64,000 bases of DNA from Acidobacteriota bacterium (GTDB lineage Bacteria > Acidobacteriota > UBA890 > WLXD01): positions 1,088,001 to 1,152,000 of the forward strand of contig CAXWPL010000005.1 in NCBI GenBank assembly GCA_963666215.2, given 5' to 3'. A model generated the notes under the pieces. That model saw only the letters and a list, made by a program, of their open reading frames with translations. It did not search any database and had not been told where the DNA came from. The position numbers and the translations under genes were made by a program. Positions 59,221 through 64,000 of the stretch are shown one piece after another. Positions within the stretch are counted from its first letter, which is position 1. Every line of letters starts with the position of its first letter.

Positions 59221-60654
59221 TCAATCCTCGACAGCCGCCGGCTCCGCGTTCGCTGAGCGCCACGGCGCGGAGCGCCGCATGTCGCCCCAACGACCGCGTA
59301 CCCCGAACAGCCACTGCAGGCTGGCGACGAGCCTGAACACCGCGATGAGCTGGCGGTATCCGAAGTTCTCGAGCATCGCCGCTGCGAACAACACGAGCAC
59401 CTCCTTCGAGCGGCTGTAGACCTTGAAGGAAAGCTCTTCGAGCAGCAGACCCATCAGCGACAGCAGGGTGCCAAGACCGATCGCCACCACGAGGAACAGC
59501 AGCATCACGGTCGGGCTGACGTAGCCCAGATACCAGCCGACCACCATGTACAGATAGCCGGCAACCTCGACGATCGGCGCCAGACATTCGCCGAAGAGCA
59601 TGAACGGCAAGCCAAGCCAACCGACGACACCGGCGCGGCGATTGAAGAACATGCCGCGGTGGCGGAAGAGAGTCTCCGTGAGCCCGCGCTGCCAGCGCAT
59701 ACGCTGCGCGGCGAGCGTCTTCAAATCACGTGGCACCTCGGTCCAGCAAATGGGCTCGGGAACGAACGTGATCTTGTAGGGGCGACCGCTCTCGCGTAGC
59801 TGGTGGTGCAGCCGCACGGTCAGCTCCATGTCCTCGCCCACGGTCTCGCGATCGTAGCCGCCGGCATCAACGACCGCGTCACGGCGGAACAACCCGAACG
59901 CACCCGAGATCACCAACAGCGACCCAATCTGCGCCCAGCCCAGTCGCCCGAAGAGGAACGCGCGCAGGTATTCGACGATCTGGAACAGCGGCAGCATGCG
60001 CGACGGCAGCCCAACTCGGATCACGTGCCCGTCACGTACCTGGCAACCGTTGGCGATGCGCACGGTTCCGCCTACGGCAACGGTTGTGGAATCCTCGATG
60101 AACGGCAACACGACGCGTTTGAGGCTTTGCCGCTCGAGAAAAGAGTCGGCGTCGATGCTGCAGAACAACGGGTACCGAGAGTTGTTGATGCCAGCGTTGA
60201 GCGCGTCGGCTTTGCCGCCGTTGTCCTTGTCGATGACGCGCAGCGCCGGATGGTCACGCGAGTGGTAGATCTGATGGACCGTCTCGCTGTGCAGCTGGCG
60301 GCGATACACCTCGGGGGCTGGCTCGAGATCGAACTCCTCGATCAGCGCGTCCAGCGTGCGATCCGTCGAGCCGTCGTTGATGACGACCACCTCGTGCTCG
60401 GGGTACTCGAGTTGCAAGAGTGAGTAGACCGAAGTGACGATCGTTTCTTCCTCGTTGTAGGCAGGGACCAGCAGGCTGATGGGCGGCTCCAACCCGGTGT
60501 AGCTGACGTGAAACCGCTCCAGGCTCGTCTCCTCGAGGTGGCGAAACACCCTGAAGACCGCCAGATAGTTGAGCAGCAGATAGAACCCGTTCACCACGAC
60601 GAAGTAGAGGAGGAAGAACCACTCAACGGGGCCGATCGTCGATACGAAGCTCAT
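59221..60654 (-). CDS. Processive glycosyltransferase family 2 (PgaC/YaiP-like synthase)
   Basis: VPAYNEE, NDGSTD, NGGKADALN, IDADS, SGAFGLFR, GEDMEL, QRMRW (D,D,D,QxxRW); N- and C-terminal TMs. Confidence 0.93.
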   Translation of the reverse strand: MSFVSTIGPVEWFFLLYFVVVNGFYLLLNYLAVFRVFRHLEETSLERFHVSYTGLEPPISLLVPAYNEEETIVTSVYSLLQLEYPEHEVVVINDGSTDRTLDALIEEFDLEPAPEVYRRQLHSETVHQIYHSRDHPALRVIDKDNGGKADALNAGINNSRYPLFCSIDADSFLERQSLKRVVLPFIEDSTTVAVGGTVRIANGCQVRDGHVIRVGLPSRMLPLFQIVEYLRAFLFGRLGWAQIGSLLVISGAFGLFRRDAVVDAGGYDRETVGEDMELTVRLHHQLRESGRPYKITFVPEPICWTEVPRDLKTLAAQRMRWQRGLTETLFRHRGMFFNRRAGVVGWLGLPFMLFGECLAPIVEVAGYLYMVVGWYLGYVSPTVMLLFLVVAIGLGTLLSLMGLLLEELSFKVYSRSKEVLVLFAAAMLENFGYRQLIAVFRLVASLQWLFGVRGRWGDMRRSAPWRSANAEPAAVED

Positions 60655-61721
60655 GCGGCGATCGCCTCCAGGCCCATTTCATCGATGACTTGCGCGAGGA
60701 TGTCGCGAGCAAATCGATCCACTTGGGCGCCTTGCAGTGCCACAAGCGCCTGTGAGCTCACGGAGGGGAGCTTCGCAATCGCCTGCGCGGCCCGATATCG
60801 CACCCAGTAGCGCTCGCTCGCCAGCTTCCCCGCCAGCATGGCGACATCCTTGTACGTGCCAAGACGACCCACCGCGGTGATGGCGTGCAACTGCACCCGC
60901 CAATTCGGGTGATCGAGGTGGTTGCGCACCACGTACAGTCCGTCGGGGTGTGCCAGATGTCCGAGCTGGTAGATGCCGGTCGTGATGACCTGCTGATCGT
61001 CGGTAGCGAGCAGAATCTCTTTGATCACCTGCACGGCGGCGCGCCGCTCGGCCGCCTCGAGGTACAGCATCAGCAACGGCTGGAAGGCCACCTCGGCCCG
61101 CTGGATGGTCTCGACGAGGGGCTGCGTGACGACATCCGCCCCAGCCTCACGCAGCAGCGCAAGCACGCGTGCCGGCGACCAGTCGGCGCGCGACGCAATC
61201 AGGGGCAAGATCAACGGCAGCGCCTCGCGAGGATTGATGCGCAGTAGCGCATGCGCGGCGGCGAGTGAGATGTATGGATTGGTCGACCTGGTCAGCGGTC
61301 GCAAGCTCCGCCTCAGGTCGCGATCGTGCAGATGCCCAATCGCCTGGATCGCCATCAACCGCTGCCGGACACTGCCGTGCCGCAGCGCCTCCTTGGCGTG
61401 CAGATCGATTCCACACAGGCGCCCCGCTTGTGCGAGATTCACGCGTGCGTCACCGGCGACGAACTCGTTGAAGTACACCCACAGGGGAAGCACCTCGACG
61501 GCCTCCTCGGCGGTGAGCTCGGGCATGCTCGTCGGGTACTCCAGAAGTGCCTCGGTGAACAGCGGCCTCCACCGCCCAACATGCAGCTCGCGGCGCGCGG
61601 CGCGCCGCTGGTTGCTCACACGCAGGTAGAGAATCGTCCCCAGTAGGATCGACGTGCAGAGCACAACCAGGACCGCCGCGCAGAGACCGATCCAAATCAT
61701 GATTCCAGGAGTGGCGACCAC
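60651..61721 (-). CDS. Membrane-anchored HEAT-repeat protein
   Basis: GTG after CAGGAG; one TM, then HEAT repeats (LDHPNWRVQLHAITAVGRLG, LASERYWVRYRAAQAIAKL); stop overlaps the GT2 ATG. Confidence 0.85.
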   Translation of the reverse strand: MVATPGIMIWIGLCAAVLVVLCTSILLGTILYLRVSNQRRAARRELHVGRWRPLFTEALLEYPTSMPELTAEEAVEVLPLWVYFNEFVAGDARVNLAQAGRLCGIDLHAKEALRHGSVRQRLMAIQAIGHLHDRDLRRSLRPLTRSTNPYISLAAAHALLRINPREALPLILPLIASRADWSPARVLALLREAGADVVTQPLVETIQRAEVAFQPLLMLYLEAAERRAAVQVIKEILLATDDQQVITTGIYQLGHLAHPDGLYVVRNHLDHPNWRVQLHAITAVGRLGTYKDVAMLAGKLASERYWVRYRAAQAIAKLPSVSSQALVALQGAQVDRFARDILAQVIDEMGLEAIAA

Positions 61722-61740
61722 GGCTTCGACTCTCCTGCGG

Positions 61741-62199
61741 TTAGGCGACGCGGGTCGAGGCATCCGGCGAGACCGCCGAGGAAGCGCTCGAGGCAATCAG
61801 CGCGCCTACTCGAGCGATCAACTCCCGAGGTCGGAACGGCTTCGTGACATAGTCGTTGGCACCGGCCCGAAACGCCGCCACCATGTCCTCCTCCGAGGAT
61901 TTGCCCGACAGGACAATCACCGGCACCGACTCCCAACCCCGCGTCGCGCGGATCGACTTGACCACTTCGATGCCGCCGACAAATGGCATCATCACGTCGA
62001 CAACGACGAGCGCCGGCGGAGGCCCTGTCGAGACCCGCGTGATGATCTGCTCACCATCCGCGTGGGGCTCGACCTGGTAGCCTTCGCGAGCGAGCAGGTA
62101 CTGCAGGACGTAGCGCATGTTCACGTCGTCTTCGGCAAGTAGTACCAACGGGTTAGGTCCGCTCTCGACGCCCGCGGGCCCAGACGTGTTGCTAGCCAT
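61741..62199 (-). CDS. Single-domain response regulator (REC)
   Basis: LLAEDD, VVVDVMMP..GG, VIVLSG, GANDYVTKPF; no output domain. Alternative start at 62223. Confidence 0.92.
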   Translation of the reverse strand: MASNTSGPAGVESGPNPLVLLAEDDVNMRYVLQYLLAREGYQVEPHADGEQIITRVSTGPPPALVVVDVMMPFVGGIEVVKSIRATRGWESVPVIVLSGKSSEEDMVAAFRAGANDYVTKPFRPRELIARVGALIASSASSAVSPDASTRVA

Positions 62200-62223
62200 T
62201 TCTGTGCCTACTTGTCGTTCCAT

Positions 62224-62332
62224 GGGACTCCCTAGAGGCTCGAGCGTTGAATTTAGCAGTGATAGCCGCCTAATACATATCTAGAAGCGTTGTTAGTCTG
62301 TTCTAGTCACGATCATTTATCTGGACCTATTC
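62224..62332. promoter_or_regulatory. AT-rich divergent promoter region
   Basis: AT-rich stretch (taatacatatctagaagcgttgttagtctgttctagtcacgatcatttat) between divergently transcribed genes. Confidence 0.45.
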
Positions 62333-63154
62333 ATGCATAAAGTTGATCACCATAAGTCGCTCCAGTTCGCGGTAGAGATGGCTCATGCAGCAGGCGATCT
62401 GACCCTGAGGACCTTCCAGGGCGAAGTCGCCACCGAGCGCAAGCCCGACCGAACCCTGGTGACGGCCGCCGACCGCGGTGCGGAGATGCTGTGTCGCGAC
62501 ATGATCGAGAAGCGCTTTCCGGACTACGGCATCCTTGGGGAGGAGTTCGGAGAAACGCGGCCGGGCGCAGAGCTGCGCTGGATTCTCGATCCAATCGACG
62601 GCACCAACTCCTACGTCCGCGGTGTGCCGCTGTACGGCGTTCTGATTGCCCTCGAGGACTGCCGGGCGGGCAAGGTGGTCGCGGGCGTGATCCATTTCCC
62701 GGCGCTTGGCGAAACCGTCTCGGCCGCGGCTGGTGCCGGCTGCTGGTGGAACGACCGCCGTGCAGCGGTCTCGGGCGTCAGCGACCTCGACTCGGCGCTC
62801 GTGTTGACCACCGACGCCGAGCGCGTGTTGAGTCGACACCGCGAGGGCTGGGAGCGGCTTGGCGATCGCGCCGAGCTGGCTCGCACCTGGGGCGATTGCT
62901 ACGGACATGCGCTGGTCGCCACGGGCCGCGCCGAGGCGATGGTCGATCCGGTACTGGCGATCTGGGACGCTGCTCCGCTGCAGATCGTCGTTGAGGAGGC
63001 CGGAGGTGTTTACACCGATTGGGATGGCGGTCGCAGCTATCGCGGTGCCTCGGGCATCTCGACGAACGCCGCGTTGGCCGACGCGGTGCGCGATGCTCTA
63101 GGCGCGGCGCGACCGGCTCCCGAGCTCCCAGCCGCTGATAGCCGCCGCGGATAA
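62333..63154 (+). CDS. hisN: Inositol monophosphatase-family phosphatase (histidinol-phosphatase-like)
   Basis: K.D.TLVTAAD, ILGEEFG, WILDPIDGT, RTWGDCYG, WDAAP. Confidence 0.75.
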   Translation: MHKVDHHKSLQFAVEMAHAAGDLTLRTFQGEVATERKPDRTLVTAADRGAEMLCRDMIEKRFPDYGILGEEFGETRPGAELRWILDPIDGTNSYVRGVPLYGVLIALEDCRAGKVVAGVIHFPALGETVSAAAGAGCWWNDRRAAVSGVSDLDSALVLTTDAERVLSRHREGWERLGDRAELARTWGDCYGHALVATGRAEAMVDPVLAIWDAAPLQIVVEEAGGVYTDWDGGRSYRGASGISTNAALADAVRDALGAARPAPELPAADSRRG

Positions 63155-63191
63155 CGGCCAAGCGCGCGCGCGAATGGCACAATGCGTTTCC

Positions 63192-64000
63192 ATGGAAACG
63201 GAATCGGGTCTGGAACTCCTCGTACGTCCGCGGGTTGAAGATACGTACCTGCGCGTGCTCGTGGCGGAGGAAGATCCTGAGCTACGGGCACTGCTGGCGG
63301 CGACGCTGTCGCAGTTCGGCTTCGGCTGCCAGGAGGCGAGCAACGCCATCGACGCGCTGGCGATCCTGCGCGACGCAGCCGCCGAACGGTCCGACACGTC
63401 GGCAATGCCACGGCCCGGCTCAGACCGCAGCGGAAGCGACGCATATGCCAGCCTGGTCTGCGAATTCGGCCTGGTGATCTGCGACGTGCGTATGCCCGAC
63501 GGTGACGGATTCTCTTTCCTCGACGAGGTGCTCGCCAGCTATCCGGACGTTTCCGTGATCATGCTGACCGGGGTTGACCGCAGCCGCGTTGCCGTGGAGT
63601 GCCTGCAGCGAGGGGCGACCGAATATCTGGTCAAGCCGGTCGATATGGACGACCTGATCGTTGCGGTTCACCACGCCCTCGAGCGTCGGCGTCTGTTGCT
63701 GCAGAACCGCCTGTATCAGACCAAGCTCGAGCGTATGGTGCAGGCGCGCACCCATGAGCTCCGCCAGACGCTTGGGCGATTGCAACAGACCTACAGCGAA
63801 ACGCTCGCAGCGCTGGCTACCGCCCTCGACGCCCGTGAGCAGGAAACCGCCCATCACTCGGAGCGAGTGGCGCGCGACTGCCAGCGCCTGCTGCAATGCT
63901 TGGGCGTGGAGGATGACGAATCGCTCACGGTGACCGGTCAAGGTGCGCTACTGCATGACATCGGCAAGATCGGCATCCCGGATTCGATTCTGCTCAAGCC
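63192..64000 (+). CDS. Response regulator with HD-GYP domain (runs off the window end)
   Basis: Manual translation: VLVAEED...VICDVRMPDGDG...VIMLTG...GATEYLVKP, a coiled coil, then ALDAREQETAHHSERV...GALLHDIGKIGIPDSILLK. Not in the ORF track. Confidence 0.9.
   Translation, partial: METESGLELLVRPRVEDTYLRVLVAEEDPELRALLAATLSQFGFGCQEASNAIDALAILRDAAAERSDTSAMPRPGSDRSGSDAYASLVCEFGLVICDVRMPDGDGFSFLDEVLASYPDVSVIMLTGVDRSRVAVECLQRGATEYLVKPVDMDDLIVAVHHALERRRLLLQNRLYQTKLERMVQARTHELRQTLGRLQQTYSETLAALATALDAREQETAHHSERVARDCQRLLQCLGVEDDESLTVTGQGALLHDIGKIGIPDSILLK

Noticed and set aside
1-64000. CRISPR arrays, tRNA/rRNA, prophage, and the many long antisense ORFs in the track
   Set aside because: No spaced direct repeats, cloverleafs or phage genes were seen by eye. 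The long Arg/Ala/Pro-rich alternative-frame ORFs are shadows of real genes in high-GC DNA.

Overview
High-GC bacterial chromosomal segment. The gene content looks Acidobacteriota-like, but that is an impression, not a placement. It carries about 50 genes, no rRNA, tRNA or CRISPR that I can see, and three mobile elements with resolvable ends: an IS256-family element inside a PAP2 phosphatase gene, an IS481-family element, and a 176-bp non-autonomous MITE-like element. The last two both sit on a CTAG that contains a gene's TAG stop. Housekeeping and cytoplasmic genes (acnA, kup, hisN-like, GcvT-like) are intact. Nine accessory genes, mostly envelope or secreted, are broken by an IS, in-frame stops, homopolymer frameshifts, a 7-bp duplication or an apparent deletion-fusion. 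Best candidates for undescribed biology: (1) a response regulator-HEAT-processive GT2-YaiO barrel polysaccharide operon ending in a membrane protein that fuses three PTP/DSP-like domains (one with an intact CX5R) to a CTP-dependent polyprenol-kinase-like domain, divergent from a REC-HD-GYP gene; (2) a nucleotidyltransferase fused to a truncated sigma54-activator AAA-lid/Fis-HTH, next to a stand-alone AraC HTH; (3) a tightly coupled 8-gene glycoside/nonulosonate-like catabolic operon whose NanA/DHDPS-like member lacks the Schiff-base lysine; (4) an alpha-2-macroglobulin split by an amber codon in its bait-like region. Family assignments come from motifs recognised by eye; no database search was run.
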